64,000 bases of DNA from assembly GCA_964536515.1 (NCBI GenBank), contig CAZHXI010000005.1:2178-66177 (forward strand), in the 5' to 3' direction. A program made the position numbers and the translations under genes. The notes under the pieces were generated by a model that ran no database searches, was not told where the DNA came from, and worked only from the letters and a program-made list of their open reading frames with translations. This DNA comes from an uncultured Gammaproteobacteria bacterium. Its GTDB lineage: Bacteria; Patescibacteriota; Patescibacteriia; CAYZDG01. How positions within the stretch are numbered: position 1 is the first letter of the stretch; every line of letters begins with the position of its first letter. Positions 19,300-30,800 of the stretch are shown here, in pieces.

Positions 19300-19483
19300 G
19301 TCATTGGCTCCTTAGCGACATTTTCTCATGTTCGTAGCGAAGGGGGTTTTTGGCTTCTAGCTAACGAAGATATGGCTAGCGACATGGCGCAAGAACATGA
19401 GCAGCTAGAGTAGTAACTGAGCAGAGGCAAAATAGTTGAACACGCGACCTGCTTACCCCGGACTGCAGTCCGGGGTCTTCTTT
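19300..19483 (+). ncRNA. candidate ~180-nt structured small RNA
   Basis: bounded by promoter and terminator, no ORF over 15 aa, ctcatgttc/gaacatgag stem; family not recognised. Confidence 0.4.
19455..19483 (+). terminator. intrinsic terminator
   Basis: accccggac-tgca-gtccggggt then cttcttt. Confidence 0.7.
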
Positions 19484-19511
19484 AATCTATTGAATCGTGT
19501 ACCATTGCGGC

Positions 19512-20666
19512 ATGATTAAATTCACCACGATTAAACAGTCGAAGAAATCCCGTGCCCGCCTTGGCATACTCAAGACCCCGCACGGCGAGGTAGAAACGCC
19601 GTGCCTGGTGGGCGTGGCCACGCAGGCTACGGTAAAGACGCTGACCAGCGCCGAGGTAAAAGCCTGCGGCAGCCAGATGCTGATCAGCAACACCTTCCAC
19701 CTGCACCTAAAGCCCGGCGAGAAGTTCGTTAAGAAAGCCGGCGGCACGCACAGGTTCATGGCCTGGGATAGGCCGCTGATGACAGACTCCGGTGGGTTCC
19801 AGGTATTCTCGTTGGGCTTCGGCAAAGACCTCAGGGTGGGCAAGAAGCTTTCGAAGTTCTCCAACATCACGGCGCGAGACAAGGACCTGGTGAAGGTCCA
19901 CGACCAGCCGCGGCAGGTGAAAATTACGGACGAGGGCGCCAGCTTCAAGTCGCCGTACGACGGCGCCAACATTTTCATCGGGCCCAAGGAGTCTATCCGC
20001 ATCCAGGAGGCGCTGGGGGCAGACATTATCCTGGCGTTCGACGAGTGCACCCCGCCGCTGGCTAGCCGCGAGTACGTGGCTAAATCTATGGCCCGCACGC
20101 ATAGCTGGGCCAAGGTCTGCCTCAAGGTTAAGAAGACCGAGCAGGCTCTGTACGGCATCGTGCAGGGGTCGCGGTTCCAGGACCTGCGCCGCGAGAGCGC
20201 CGAGTTCATTGCCAGCCTGCCATTCGACGGCTACGCCATCGGCGGCGACCTGGGCGAGAGCAAGCAGCAGACGGCCGACGTTCTAGACTGGACCGTCCCC
20301 TACCTGGACCAGGGCAAGCCCCGCCACCTGCTGGGCATCGGCAAGCTGGATGACCTGGAGCTCATCATCCGCGGCGGCGCCGACACCTTCGACTGCACCG
20401 TGCCCACCCACTACGCCCGCCACGGCATCGCCTTCACCGACCGCGGCCAGATCGACCTGCACCGCACGACCTTCCTGGAAGACAAGAAGCCGCTAGATAG
20501 CCGCTGCGAGTGCTCCACCTGCCAGACGTACACGCGTGCCTACCTGTGCCACCTCATCCGCAGCCACGAGCTGACCGGCCTACGGCTGATGACCATCCAC
20601 AATCTTACCTACTTCAACGCCAAGGTAACGGCGCTGCGGGAAAGAATTAAGGCGGGCAAGCTCTAA
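19512..20666 (+). CDS. tgt: tRNA-guanine transglycosylase
   Basis: TPHG.VETP, NTFHL, TDSGGFQVFSL, DEC, GIVQG, DTFDC, C.C..C zinc site, HN. Confidence 0.96.
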   Translation: MIKFTTIKQSKKSRARLGILKTPHGEVETPCLVGVATQATVKTLTSAEVKACGSQMLISNTFHLHLKPGEKFVKKAGGTHRFMAWDRPLMTDSGGFQVFSLGFGKDLRVGKKLSKFSNITARDKDLVKVHDQPRQVKITDEGASFKSPYDGANIFIGPKESIRIQEALGADIILAFDECTPPLASREYVAKSMARTHSWAKVCLKVKKTEQALYGIVQGSRFQDLRRESAEFIASLPFDGYAIGGDLGESKQQTADVLDWTVPYLDQGKPRHLLGIGKLDDLELIIRGGADTFDCTVPTHYARHGIAFTDRGQIDLHRTTFLEDKKPLDSRCECSTCQTYTRAYLCHLIRSHELTGLRLMTIHNLTYFNAKVTALRERIKAGKL

Positions 20667-20704
20667 AGAGAAGAGGGCCGCAGCTGCGGCCCTCGGTTAC
20701 ATTC

Positions 20705-21478
20705 CTAACCCCCGGAGATAAGGCTGTCGGCAACGAAGGTGTGCCATCCGCTCAGCGGCGCGCTACCGTCGGCAAACGCCGCTTCGACCCCGCTCCATCT
20801 GAGCGCCCCCTCCGTCTCTACTACCCTGGCCTGGGCGAGCGGCGTAGCTACCGGCACCATTGTGCAGCCAACACGCGTAGCCTCCACATGCATACCAGCG
20901 TTCGGCCCATTCTCGCCCAGAGAGAGAGCAGAGGTAAGATCGGGCCAGCTCGCCAGCAACATGACGGCTCTCAGAGGATCTAACGAATCCCAGCTCGCGG
21001 GGCTCTCTGCCATCAGCTGAGAGAGGGCGGCGGGATCGACGTGGCACAGCCATCCTCGGTACTCACCGGTCGCGCCAGCGTACGGCACCCGTTCACGGCG
21101 GGTAAGGATGTACCAGTTGATACCTTCGCCCTGGACAGCGTCACGGAGCTCGCCCTCGATGGTGAGCATCCGTAGCTCATCGCCCCGCGATCGCCGCTTC
21201 TCAAAATTCCCCCGGAGCACAGCCACGGGCTCTGGCGCAGGTCGGTCGGCGACCTGCTGTACGAAACGAATGGCCAGCAGTAGACGGCTGTCGTTCAAGA
21301 ATGCGCCAACGGCTGAACCGAACCCCCACCTATCTCGCACCACTCCCCGCGCCAGGCCGAGCGCATTGATGTGCACCTGAGCATCCCAGTGCTCCACGGG
21401 CTGATCTGGCCTCAACGAGTATCCCAGCAGATGAAATTTGAATGGGCCGTGGAGCTCCGATTGCTCTCTCGTATCCAT
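20705..21478 (-). CDS. hypothetical protein
   Basis: long ORF with no recognised motif; start uncertain (21478-21547). Confidence 0.5.
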   Translation of the reverse strand: MDTREQSELHGPFKFHLLGYSLRPDQPVEHWDAQVHINALGLARGVVRDRWGFGSAVGAFLNDSRLLLAIRFVQQVADRPAPEPVAVLRGNFEKRRSRGDELRMLTIEGELRDAVQGEGINWYILTRRERVPYAGATGEYRGWLCHVDPAALSQLMAESPASWDSLDPLRAVMLLASWPDLTSALSLGENGPNAGMHVEATRVGCTMVPVATPLAQARVVETEGALRWSGVEAAFADGSAPLSGWHTFVADSLISGG

Positions 21479-21671
21479 ATCCCACTCTGTTTCCGATGGC
21501 TCTAACATTCCTCCACTACCTGGTCGGTCGCCTATTTGGTCACACATTGGTGCCTCCTATCGAATTGTTACAGTGCTACTTCAATGGCCCCACTGAACAC
21601 CACCCCCCAGCTGGGTGTCAACATTGCCGCCCCGTTCCCTCTTTGCTGCGTACGGTGTAATGTGTTCACCT

Positions 21672-22721
21672 ATGTCGCTGAAAGTTGGCCTGGTGGGCCT
21701 GCCCAATGCCGGAAAATCGACGCTGTTCACGGCGCTGACCCGTGTAGCAGTGCCGGCCGAGAACTACCCCTTCTGCACCATTGACCCCAACGTGGGCGTG
21801 GTGCCGGTGCCGGACGAACGGCTAGCCAAGCTTGCCGAGATTTCTAAGTCCGAAAAAATCATCCCGACCACCATTGAGTTCGTGGATATTGCCGGGCTGG
21901 TGAAGGGCGCAGCCGCCGGCGAGGGCCTGGGCAATAAGTTCCTGTCGCACATCCGCGAGGTAGACGCCATCGCCATGGTGCTGCGCGACTTCCGCGACCC
22001 CAACGTTACCCACGTCCACGGCGCCATAGACCCAGCAGAGGACCGCGGTGTGCTGGAGGTAGAGCTAGCCCTGGCTGACCTGCAGACCGTAACGGGCGCG
22101 CTAGAGCGGACGAGGTCCAAGCTTAAGTCTGGCGCCAACGCCGAGGTGAGCGCGCAGATTGGCGTACTGGAGCGGCTGAAGGCAGCGCTGGAGCAGAGCC
22201 AGCCTGCCCGCAGCGTTAACCTGACAGCCGAGGAGGAGCCGTACCGCCGCGAGCTAATGCTGCTCACCGCCAAGCCCCTACTGCTGGTGTACAACGTGGA
22301 CGAAGGCCAGGCTGGACCCGCCGGCAGCATAGCGCTGTGCGCAAAGGTAGAGGCCGAGCTGGCGGCGCTGCCGGATGCAGAGGCTGCCGAGTACATGGCT
22401 GCCCTGGGCGTTACCCAGTCTGGGCTAGACCAGCTCATTACGGCGGCCTACGGCGCCCTGGAGCTAGTTACCTTCCTCACCACCGGCCCCAAGGAAACCC
22501 GGGCCTGGACCGTTCGCGCCGGCACCGCCGCGCCGCAGGCCGCCGCCGTCATCCACTCCGACTTTGAGGCTGCCTTCATCCGAGCCGAGGTAATAGCTGC
22601 CGCTGACCTCATCAGCCTGGGCAGCGAAGCTGCATGCCGCGACGCCGGCAAGCTACGTATAGAGGGCAAGGCCTACGTAATCCAAGACGGAGACGTCTGC
22701 CACTTCAGGGTGGGGGTGTAG
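21672..22721 (+). CDS. ychF: redox-regulated ATPase YchF
   Basis: [52 protein letters not shown]. Confidence 0.96.
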   Translation: MSLKVGLVGLPNAGKSTLFTALTRVAVPAENYPFCTIDPNVGVVPVPDERLAKLAEISKSEKIIPTTIEFVDIAGLVKGAAAGEGLGNKFLSHIREVDAIAMVLRDFRDPNVTHVHGAIDPAEDRGVLEVELALADLQTVTGALERTRSKLKSGANAEVSAQIGVLERLKAALEQSQPARSVNLTAEEEPYRRELMLLTAKPLLLVYNVDEGQAGPAGSIALCAKVEAELAALPDAEAAEYMAALGVTQSGLDQLITAAYGALELVTFLTTGPKETRAWTVRAGTAAPQAAAVIHSDFEAAFIRAEVIAAADLISLGSEAACRDAGKLRIEGKAYVIQDGDVCHFRVGV

Positions 22722-22798
22722 GGTGTCGAAACACTAGAACACTGTGTACACGTGTTCTCCGTGTTCGTGTTCCCGCTTCCCCGTGTTCCTGCGCCCCC

Positions 22799-24283
22799 CT
22801 ACAATTCCCTCTCCAAATCCTTCATCTCGCGCTGCAGGATGGTCTCGCCCTCGTCGAGGTCGATCTTCAGCTGCGCCAGGATGCCCGCCTCCTCCTTGGT
22901 CAGCTCACGGCGGAGCCGGGCGTGCTCCAGCACCTTCAGCTGGTCGGCGACGTCGTGCCGCAGCTTGGCGAACGCCAGGTGCGTGCTGCGCTCTACCGAC
23001 CTAAGGTCGGTACGGAAGCGGCGGCGGAACTGGGCGAACTTGAACCAGCCGTACCAGACCACTGCCAGGCACAGCAGCAGCATGGCGACTGCGGGAATGA
23101 ACACCGCCATCCAGCTCACGGCCTGGCGGCTGACAACCTGAGCTGCGCTCAGCGGGGTGGGCGGAGGCGAAACGACGTCGAAGGCGTAGGAGTCGGCCAG
23201 CGAGTTGCCGGCGCGGTCGAAAGCCGAGGCACGGATACTGTGGCTCCCGGGCGTCAAGGTCGGCGTACGGTAGACTCCGGTGCCGTCGTCCCGCCAGATG
23301 ATCGGCTCGCTGCCGTCGATGAAGATGCGGTAGTAGTCTATGCCGGACATCGCATCGACCGCATCGAACTGGAAGGCCGCGCCGCCCTCCAGCCAAGCGG
23401 GGTGGTCCTCGACGCCCGCAATGATGTTCCGCTCCGGGCTCTTGGTATCGATGCGTACCCTACGGTGGCCGGCTGAGCCCCAGCCGTCCTTGGTCTGGAA
23501 GCGGGCGTGGAAGTACCAGGTGCCGTCTGCCACGTCGCGAAAAATGTAGCTGTCGAACAGGCCGTCCGAAGCTGTACCCGGAACGGTCGAGGGGCTCTGG
23601 TCTAAGACCACGCTCACCCCGGTAACGCCGTCCGGCAGCTTCCAGTTGAAGACCGGATTCCTGTCGTTGTACCACGAGTCCTCGTTGGGGTGGGTCGCCG
23701 ACGTAATGGCCGGAGCGGGGCCGCTCGGCGAAGCTGCCCGTGGCGCGGGATCCGTGGGTGGCGGGCCGTCGGAAACCACCAGAGAGGCGCTGGCCTGGCC
23801 GGTGAGAATGTTGGTGCCCTGCCCATCGTTCGCCAGCACCGATGCCTGCGAGAAGGCGAGGCGCGCCGTGCCAGCCGCCTTGGCGCGGAAGGTAACGGAG
23901 AGGACGCGCTTGGCCGTACCGCGGAACCCCGGGTTGAGGACTACGCCCTCGAACCGTACGTTGCCGTCTACATTGGAGTACGAAGGCTCCTGGACCCAGA
24001 AGTTGAACACCGATCCAGTCTTGTTGAGGCCGGTAACCTCTAGCTTATCCTTAGGGAACGTAACGACTCCCGAGGCAGCATTCATCGCCTGGTCGGCGCT
24101 GGTTACGTACACCCCTACGGTGAACGTGCTGCCTACGGCGTAGGTTCCAAGGGCGGGCGTAATGTACAGGCTGGCTGCCAGAGCTGGGGTCGCCCACAGC
24201 GCCGCCGTGCACGCCAAGAGCAGCTTCGCCAGCCAACGGCTGACGCGACTACCGACGGCTGGAGAACCGGTGACGGACGGCAT
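22799..24283 (-). CDS. cohesin-domain plus Ig-like membrane-anchored surface protein
   Basis: signal peptide, cohesin-like (MNAASG.VTFP, SVF.FW, VLANDGQGTNIL), SATHP..WY, DGTWYFH, C-terminal TM and coiled coil. Confidence 0.75.
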   Translation of the reverse strand: MPSVTGSPAVGSRVSRWLAKLLLACTAALWATPALAASLYITPALGTYAVGSTFTVGVYVTSADQAMNAASGVVTFPKDKLEVTGLNKTGSVFNFWVQEPSYSNVDGNVRFEGVVLNPGFRGTAKRVLSVTFRAKAAGTARLAFSQASVLANDGQGTNILTGQASASLVVSDGPPPTDPAPRAASPSGPAPAITSATHPNEDSWYNDRNPVFNWKLPDGVTGVSVVLDQSPSTVPGTASDGLFDSYIFRDVADGTWYFHARFQTKDGWGSAGHRRVRIDTKSPERNIIAGVEDHPAWLEGGAAFQFDAVDAMSGIDYYRIFIDGSEPIIWRDDGTGVYRTPTLTPGSHSIRASAFDRAGNSLADSYAFDVVSPPPTPLSAAQVVSRQAVSWMAVFIPAVAMLLLCLAVVWYGWFKFAQFRRRFRTDLRSVERSTHLAFAKLRHDVADQLKVLEHARLRRELTKEEAGILAQLKIDLDEGETILQREMKDLEREL

Positions 24284-25178
24284 AGCTACCGAGTAATAGT
24301 AGCAGAACCGCCGCCCCCACGCCGTAGCCCAGCTTGCGGTGCGCCCCCGCGGGGTTGACCGTAGCCGAACGGACGTTCCCAGCCTGGTCTACCGCACGCA
24401 CGTGCAGCACCCGGCCGAGAGACTGGTCTTGCAGCGGGTACGGGCTGGTAGCAGAGGCCCACCGGGGCTGCGGTAGCAGGCGACCCCGCCAGCCACCCGG
24501 CTGCTCCCACACGTCGTAGTGGCTAATGCCCGATCGCTTATCGGTGGTGCTGAATACCAGGGTCCACCGGCCATCCGCAAGCTGCGAATTCTGCACCAGC
24601 GCAGGCTGGAATGGCTCGGGTGGGTCTCGGTCTGGCTTGCCCACCCCGAACACCGGCTGCTTCTCGGAACGGACGACTACCGACGTTCGGTCTAAAGACA
24701 GCTCCGCAGCCTGTCCGTCTGGGCCGTTGAGGTACACCCTGGTGCCGCTGGCGAAGCTGAGCGGCAGCTCGCCGCTCGCCCGGGGCGAGATGGTGAACGA
24801 GAATAGCTTGCCGCCCGTGCCCTGGAACCCGCCGGGCACAATGCCGGCGAACCGAACGGAGCGGCCGGCGTTCCGCACGCCGTCGCCTGCCTCCGCCGGA
24901 GGCGTCGGCCTCTCCAGCCACAGGCTGACCACCGAGCTGCCGTCGGCGGCGGCCACGACGGCGGCCACGTCCGAGCCGAGCTCGACCGAGCCATCCACCG
25001 CATTGACCGATTCATCCGGCGAGTCGAGCCTAACCTCGACCTCGAACGGCGCGTACAGGCTCTGCGTCAGCTCGGGAGCAGAGAAGTACAGACGGGCAGC
25101 TCGAGCGGCACTCGGCACCGCGAAGCACGCTGCGGGCAGGAGCAGCGCCAATGGAAGGATGATGGAACGGATGCGCAT
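24249..25178 (-). CDS. cohesin-domain membrane-anchored surface protein
   Basis: signal peptide, VNAVDG, SVVSLWLERP, FAGIVPGGF, D..PPEPF, SGISHY, C-terminal TM. Confidence 0.75.
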   Translation of the reverse strand: MRIRSIILPLALLLPAACFAVPSAARAARLYFSAPELTQSLYAPFEVEVRLDSPDESVNAVDGSVELGSDVAAVVAAADGSSVVSLWLERPTPPAEAGDGVRNAGRSVRFAGIVPGGFQGTGGKLFSFTISPRASGELPLSFASGTRVYLNGPDGQAAELSLDRTSVVVRSEKQPVFGVGKPDRDPPEPFQPALVQNSQLADGRWTLVFSTTDKRSGISHYDVWEQPGGWRGRLLPQPRWASATSPYPLQDQSLGRVLHVRAVDQAGNVRSATVNPAGAHRKLGYGVGAAVLLLLLGSYAVRHRFSSRR

Positions 25179-25181
25179 AGG

Positions 25182-26135
25182 TCAGCCGGTCCAAGCGTAC
25201 GCCAGAATGCTGAAGTCCACGATGTCGATTCGTCCGTCCAGCTTCAGGTCCAGCGGGGCGGGCGGATTAGCCCGTCGGTACCAGTACGCCAGGATGCTGA
25301 AGTCCACCAGGTTCACCCGGCACTCGCCGGTGAAGTCGGCCCTGTTGGCGCAGACGTTGGTCCGACCCACGTTCCTGGTGCCCACCCTGAACCCGACCGA
25401 TTGGCCGTAGGGGCTGCTGCCCTCCCCGGCTTCGGCGCGAGCCTTGGCGCTGTGGTCGCCCACCTCCAGCGGCGCCGTATCTACCGACCGCTCGTACGCC
25501 CCGGCGAAGTCTGAGGTCGCCGTCGCCAGCAGCTCGACCTCGGAGTGAATGGCAATGGTAACCGCGGCGTTCGGCGCGCTCTGGCCGAACACCTTTATGG
25601 TCTCGCCGCGGCGGACCTCGTCACGGTCTAGGTCGATGGTTGAGGCAATGAAGATGCCCCCGACGGTGGTGATGGTGCCCTCCTCTACCTCCAGGGGAAA
25701 GGTCAGCAGGCTAGACCGCCGGCCGTCGGTATCCTCGCCGTAGAGCGAGAAGATGTAGCTGCCGCCCGCTAGCCCCACCAGCGAGAACTGGAAGCGGGCG
25801 TCGGGCCCGGCCACCGTGCTGCCCGCGGCCTGGCCGTCGCGCAGCACGGTTACCCTTCCGCCGGGGTACGATACTCCGGTGAAGGTAACGGTCGTGGGCA
25901 CGGGCAGCTCCGGCCGCGGCTGCTGCGGCCCGTCGACCGGTACCGGGCTACCCCCTCCCGAGCTGCCGCCGCCCGAGCTCCCCCCTCCGCCATCGTCGCC
26001 GCCGCCCGGGTCGTCTGGGTTGGTAACCTGCACCGTAATGTTCAACGGGTCTGCCAGCAGCAGGGCGGGCAGAGAGGCGAATGCCGCCACGGCTGCCCAC
26101 AGCAGCAGGGCGGGCAGCTTCGTAGAGCGTGCCAC
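25182..26135 (-). CDS. secreted Ig-like protein with C-terminal dockerin-like domain
   Basis: duplicated Ca-loop ADFTGECRVNLVDFSIL / DLKLDGRIDIVDFSIL; Gly linker; GTG start 26135 right after upstream stop. Confidence 0.75.
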   Translation of the reverse strand: MARSTKLPALLLWAAVAAFASLPALLLADPLNITVQVTNPDDPGGGDDGGGGSSGGGSSGGGSPVPVDGPQQPRPELPVPTTVTFTGVSYPGGRVTVLRDGQAAGSTVAGPDARFQFSLVGLAGGSYIFSLYGEDTDGRRSSLLTFPLEVEEGTITTVGGIFIASTIDLDRDEVRRGETIKVFGQSAPNAAVTIAIHSEVELLATATSDFAGAYERSVDTAPLEVGDHSAKARAEAGEGSSPYGQSVGFRVGTRNVGRTNVCANRADFTGECRVNLVDFSILAYWYRRANPPAPLDLKLDGRIDIVDFSILAYAWTG

Positions 26136-26137
26136 GG

Positions 26138-27055
26138 CTAGTCGCGCCGGCGCAGCTGCAGCTGGAAGCGCCGCCTGAACTGGGTCAGCCCCAGCAGCAC
26201 CAGCACCAGCCCCGCCAGCGGGATGACGGTTATCCGCCACGGCCACGCCCAGATGCGAACCGTCGCCTGGTGCGTCTGCCCGTCGCCGTCGGTGGCCCTT
26301 AGGGTAGCCTTGAGCGGCCCCCAGTAGTAGCGGTCGCCCTCCACGAGGGCCTTCATGGTTCGGGATGTCTCGGGGAAGACGAACAGCCCGTCCAGGACGC
26401 CGGTTGCTACCGTCCGCCCGAACAGGTTCGTTACCGCAACCGTGCCCTTGGGCTGGTAGTGAACCGAGCCGGTATTCTCGAAGACGACGTTGAAGGCGAG
26501 CGGCCCGCGCTCCACGTAGCGGGGACCCGAGAACGAGCTGATACGCCCGCCGCGGGCAATATCGCCCGGCACCGAGACCATGAGCAGCGACCCGACGCGG
26601 GGCAGTATGCCCACGCCGGTGGTGCCGGTGGCAGCGCCAGAACCTTCGGAGGCATTGAAGAAGATAACGGCGAAGTGGCCACCGGGTGCGGCGTCCGCTG
26701 GCACGACGATGGTGTACGGCACCCTACGCTCCTCCTTCGGCTGCAGCGTAACGCTGGAGTCGGCTACGCTCACCCAGCCGGCCAGGCTACTCTTGCCGCC
26801 GGCGTTCTTCACGAAGGTAATGTTCGCCTCGCCCGTGGGGACAAAATCCTCGAAGGTCGGGGTAAGGGTGAGCGGCGTCTCTCCGTTATTGGTAATGATT
26901 ACGCTGTCGGTATACGAGGCGCCGGGCTGCAGCTCCAGCACGAACTTAACGGGCCGCAGGGTTAGGCTAACCCCAGCGGCGCTAGCCGGAGCCACGGCTA
27001 AAGACGCAGCCCCTGCAATTGCTAGGGTAACGGCGGTTAGCAGCGTTCGTTTCAT
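26138..27055 (-). CDS. DUF916/WxL-interacting-like membrane-anchored protein
   Basis: signal peptide, IVVPADAAPGGHFAVIFF, FENTGSVH, C-terminal PW plus TM. Confidence 0.65.
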   Translation of the reverse strand: MKRTLLTAVTLAIAGAASLAVAPASAAGVSLTLRPVKFVLELQPGASYTDSVIITNNGETPLTLTPTFEDFVPTGEANITFVKNAGGKSSLAGWVSVADSSVTLQPKEERRVPYTIVVPADAAPGGHFAVIFFNASEGSGAATGTTGVGILPRVGSLLMVSVPGDIARGGRISSFSGPRYVERGPLAFNVVFENTGSVHYQPKGTVAVTNLFGRTVATGVLDGLFVFPETSRTMKALVEGDRYYWGPLKATLRATDGDGQTHQATVRIWAWPWRITVIPLAGLVLVLLGLTQFRRRFQLQLRRRD

Positions 27056-27110
27056 AGGCTTAGCCCCAGCCTACCGAGGCAGCCTCGCTCGCACAAGGGC
27101 GTGGCGGCGG

Positions 27111-27779
27111 CTACGGGTTGGTGGTCACCGTATAGGTTACGGTGCCATCGTAGTTGCCGGTCTGCTGGGTCGTCGGTACGTCCAGCTTGTACCAAATGGG
27201 TAGGCTCGAGTTGCTTCCCTGGTAGACGCTGCAGTCGGCAATCTTCTTGCTAGCTGCCGAGCTGGTGGGAATGCCGGCGTACAGCGGCGATCCATCCACG
27301 CCCCACCAGGTAGCAGCCTGCAGGCAGGTTGTGGTTCCGGTAATGGGCACGCGGAAGGCGAGGCTGGTGGTGGCGGCGTAGGCCTCGGATCGCCCCGCAG
27401 ACGTAGTCGCAGCGGCGGGGACCCACTCGGTCATATCGGGAATATCAACGGCGGCGTTGGTGGTTAGGTCCATGGTGGCGTTGTCATCGGACCGCGACAG
27501 GGCGAAGTTGAAGCCCGTGCTGTTGTTCGTGGCAATGGTGCTGGTAGAGCTAGTCGCCACCGGGGTACCCGGCGTGAGGGCGGGGAAGGCAATGGTGGTT
27601 ACGGGCAGGGTGAGGGTAATGGCGGCCTGCACGGTTACGGTCAGGGTGGGCGTCTCGCTATCGGTAGCCGCCTGAGCTGCCGTGGTGAAGGGGTAGGCAA
27701 CCAGGGCGCAGCCTGCGGCGAGCAGCATCACGCTGGGAACCAGTTTCATGAACCTGCGAATGTCTTGCAGCTCTATCAT
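27111..27779 (-). CDS. secreted WxL-like small fibre subunit
   Basis: AQA signal cleavage, beta-rich, ends YKLDVPTTQQTGNYDGTVTYTVTTNP. Confidence 0.65.
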   Translation of the reverse strand: MIELQDIRRFMKLVPSVMLLAAGCALVAYPFTTAAQAATDSETPTLTVTVQAAITLTLPVTTIAFPALTPGTPVATSSTSTIATNNSTGFNFALSRSDDNATMDLTTNAAVDIPDMTEWVPAAATTSAGRSEAYAATTSLAFRVPITGTTTCLQAATWWGVDGSPLYAGIPTSSAASKKIADCSVYQGSNSSLPIWYKLDVPTTQQTGNYDGTVTYTVTTNP

Positions 27780-27806
27780 AATTATTCTTTGGCGGTTAGC
27801 GATGAG

Positions 27807-27815
27807 ACTATAGCA
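27807..27815 (-). promoter_or_regulatory. internal extended -10 promoter for the 222-aa subunit gene
   Basis: TGcTATAGT ~28 nt upstream of ATG 27779. Confidence 0.5.
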
Positions 27816-27850
27816 CTTTTTCGACGGGCTGGTAATGCCTTATGCACACC

Positions 27851-30800
27851 CTAGGGGTTAATGCTTGCCGTCAGCGTGAGCTGGCCGTCGTAGCTTCCTG
27901 CTTGCTGGGTAATGGGCACAGCCAGGCGGAAGAAGATCTTAGCGTTCGCCGTTGCCCCGAACGACTGCACCGCCACCGCCTGGCTGGTGGTCGGCACGCC
28001 GGCGTAGAGCGGGGTGAGGTCGGGGCCCCACCAGGCTTCGCTGAAGAATGGGACATCCGTCGCCTCGCCCAGGCGGAAGGCGAGGCCGGTGCCGGTGTAG
28101 GCTACGGCGTTGCCCGCCGTGGTGGTAACGCCCGGCGCAATCCACTCGGCCTTGTCGGTGATATTCGTGGCGGGGTCCGAGGTTAAGTCTAGGGTCGCAT
28201 CGGCAGAGTTACGCTTCAGGTACAGGGTGAAGCCGGTGCCGTTGGTAGAGTCAACGGCCGCATTGAAGGCAGGCTCCACATCTCCCCCGCCGCCGGTAAC
28301 CGGGTCCATGGCCCAGGTGGTATCGTCGAGCGATAGGGTGATATCGGCGCTGTTCGGGTCATCTACCCAACGGTAGCTGACCATGAAGAAGTCGAAATCG
28401 CTGACGGTAGCCAGCGTGGTGAAGGTAGCAGCCGAGCTGCGCACGCGGAGCACGGTCGAGCTGGCGACGGGGTCGATGTAGTTCTCGGGCGTGGTGAACA
28501 GGTAGCCATTGGTAATCGCATCGGAGTAGGTGTAGGTGGTGGTAGCGGCGTTGGTGGTGGCGATGTTCGTCCAGCCCGCCGAAGCCGCGCCGTCGCTACC
28601 CGAGAAGTCGAGCAGCTGCGGCTGGGTCGTCTTGCCGGTGCCGCCGGAGCGCCAGTATGCAGAGTAGAACATGCCCGCCGGGCTGGTGCCGGTCACCATG
28701 GTGTGGGTGAAAGGTATGACGACCGAGGTAATGTGCTCAGCCGTGGCGTCGGCATCCCCAGCCAGGGCGTAGTAGTCGCTAGCCATAGCCGCCGACTCCA
28801 GGGCGCTGCTCACCGACCATAGCTGGGCCGTTCCGGCCGTATCGATGTTGCGGGTATACTTGCAGTCATTGGCGCTGTTCGTGCCGTAGTCTATACGGCA
28901 GCCAGCGTCGACCGTATTGACCGTGCCCACCACCAGGTAGATCCAATCTATACGCAGCTCCTGGGTGCCGTTGGCCGAACCCAGCATGCCTATCCTAACC
29001 TCGCCGTTGCTGACGTAGTTGGCCAGGTTCACGTTGCTCTTGCTGTAGTAGCCGGTGGTGTCCGTCCCGGCCGCGGCGCAGGCACGGGCGGTACTGATAG
29101 ACTCCCAACCCGGGGTGGTAAAGTTGTAGACCCGTAGGGTGTAGTTAATGCCCGTGGCGCTGCAGCCAGTCTCGGCCACCACCAGCAGCGCGTTGGCGCC
29201 GTCGTAGGTCCGCACGTTGCGGAATGGCAAATAGAACTCGGTGGTAACGCTGGCGGTGCCCGAGGCTCTGGCGTAGGTATTATCCGACCCGCTCTGCCCG
29301 CTGCTGCCGGTTACCAGAGTCTGCGGATTCTGGGCGTGGACGTACGCCGACTCGCCCTGGCTCTGCCCGGTGATGACCGATAGCCCCTGGGGCATGTAGA
29401 CCGGGTCTACCACCATTTGGATGCTGGCGTAGTTGAACATGTGGGTGGTAGCGGTAGTCGAGGTACTGTAGGCACGGATGCGCACCGTGCCGTTGGTGGA
29501 CGAGACGAAGTTCGAGAGCGAGGTGCTGGCGATACGGTTGGACGTTCCCGAGACAGCCCCCAGGGGTACGTTCCAGTAGCCTTCGTAGATATGGTAGGTG
29601 TAGGTACGCCTGGTAGCGTCGCCGTAGGCCTGGCGGCTCTTGAAGTTGGCGTACTTGTTCAGGCTGCGCCAGCCGCCGTTGCAATCTTGGTCTGCTGCGT
29701 CGTCCACCGCCGTGGTGGTTGCCCAGTCGCATATCTGGTACCAGCGCATTAGGCTGGCGCTGCCGCTGCTGGCGTACAGGGTAATTACCATCTTGTTGGC
29801 GTTGTTCACCTTTACGTAGTCGAAGTCTACCTGCTGGTTCAGCCCGCTGCCGCTGGTGGTAACGGTCCAGTTGAAGCCGTCGTTCGCCTCGGCGTTCAGC
29901 AGGGCACGCCAAGACCCGTGGTTGCCGCTGGAGGCAGCGGCCAACCGGGGGTTCTCGGTGCCGACGCGCAGGCGGCCATCGGTGGGAGGGAAGTTGTACT
30001 GGATGCTACGGCGGGGCGCATCCTCCTCTATCCAACTAATCGAAACCATGGCCCAGTCGAACGTACGGGTGAAGCTCTGGCCCAACAGGGAGCTAGCAGC
30101 TGTACGGAACCGTACCTCGACCGTATCGTCGTACGTGTTAATGTAGTGCTGGCTGCTGGTGGTAAAGTAGCCGTGCGTAATGGGGTCGGTGTAGCCGTAG
30201 GTAGTGGTGGAGTTGGCGATGGTGCCGAAGTTGGTGTAGCCGCCGCTGGCGGTGGGATTGAGGCCCCACCAGTCCTTGAACTGCGGCTGAAGCGAGGCGG
30301 TATTACTGCCGGGCGTTGCCCGCACGCTGTAGGCCAAGCTGACCATGGTCGCATCACTCGGAACGCGTACCGGAAAGGTTGCGTGGGTCGCCACGTTGGC
30401 GTCATTGGCCACGGCGTCGCAGTCGTTGTCGCAGGTGTAGAAGTCTTGCGTAACGCCGGAGTTGGTATCCAGCTGGCTGCCCACCATCCAGCCCGTGGTG
30501 CTAGCTAATGCGCTATCCATATCGTTCATGCGGTCGCACTGGGTAGCCACTCCGGTGCCGTACGAGACCTCGCACCGCGAGGGGTCCGACACCGTGCTGC
30601 CGACTATCATGTAGATGTAGTCGAGCCGTACCTCCTGGGTGCTATTGCCCGAGCCGTACCAGCCCACCCGCACCTCGCCGTCGCGGATGTACTTCCACAG
30701 CGAGCTGGTGGTGAACCCGAACTGCCCCGCCGCATCGGTAGTGCTGCAGGTAAATCCGCTGACCGATAGGTCCTCCCAGGAGCTGGAATAAAAATTCCAC

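Noticed and set aside
19300-19483. preQ1 riboswitch, tmRNA, RNase P or SRP RNA
   Set aside because: Characteristic conserved motifs not found by eye
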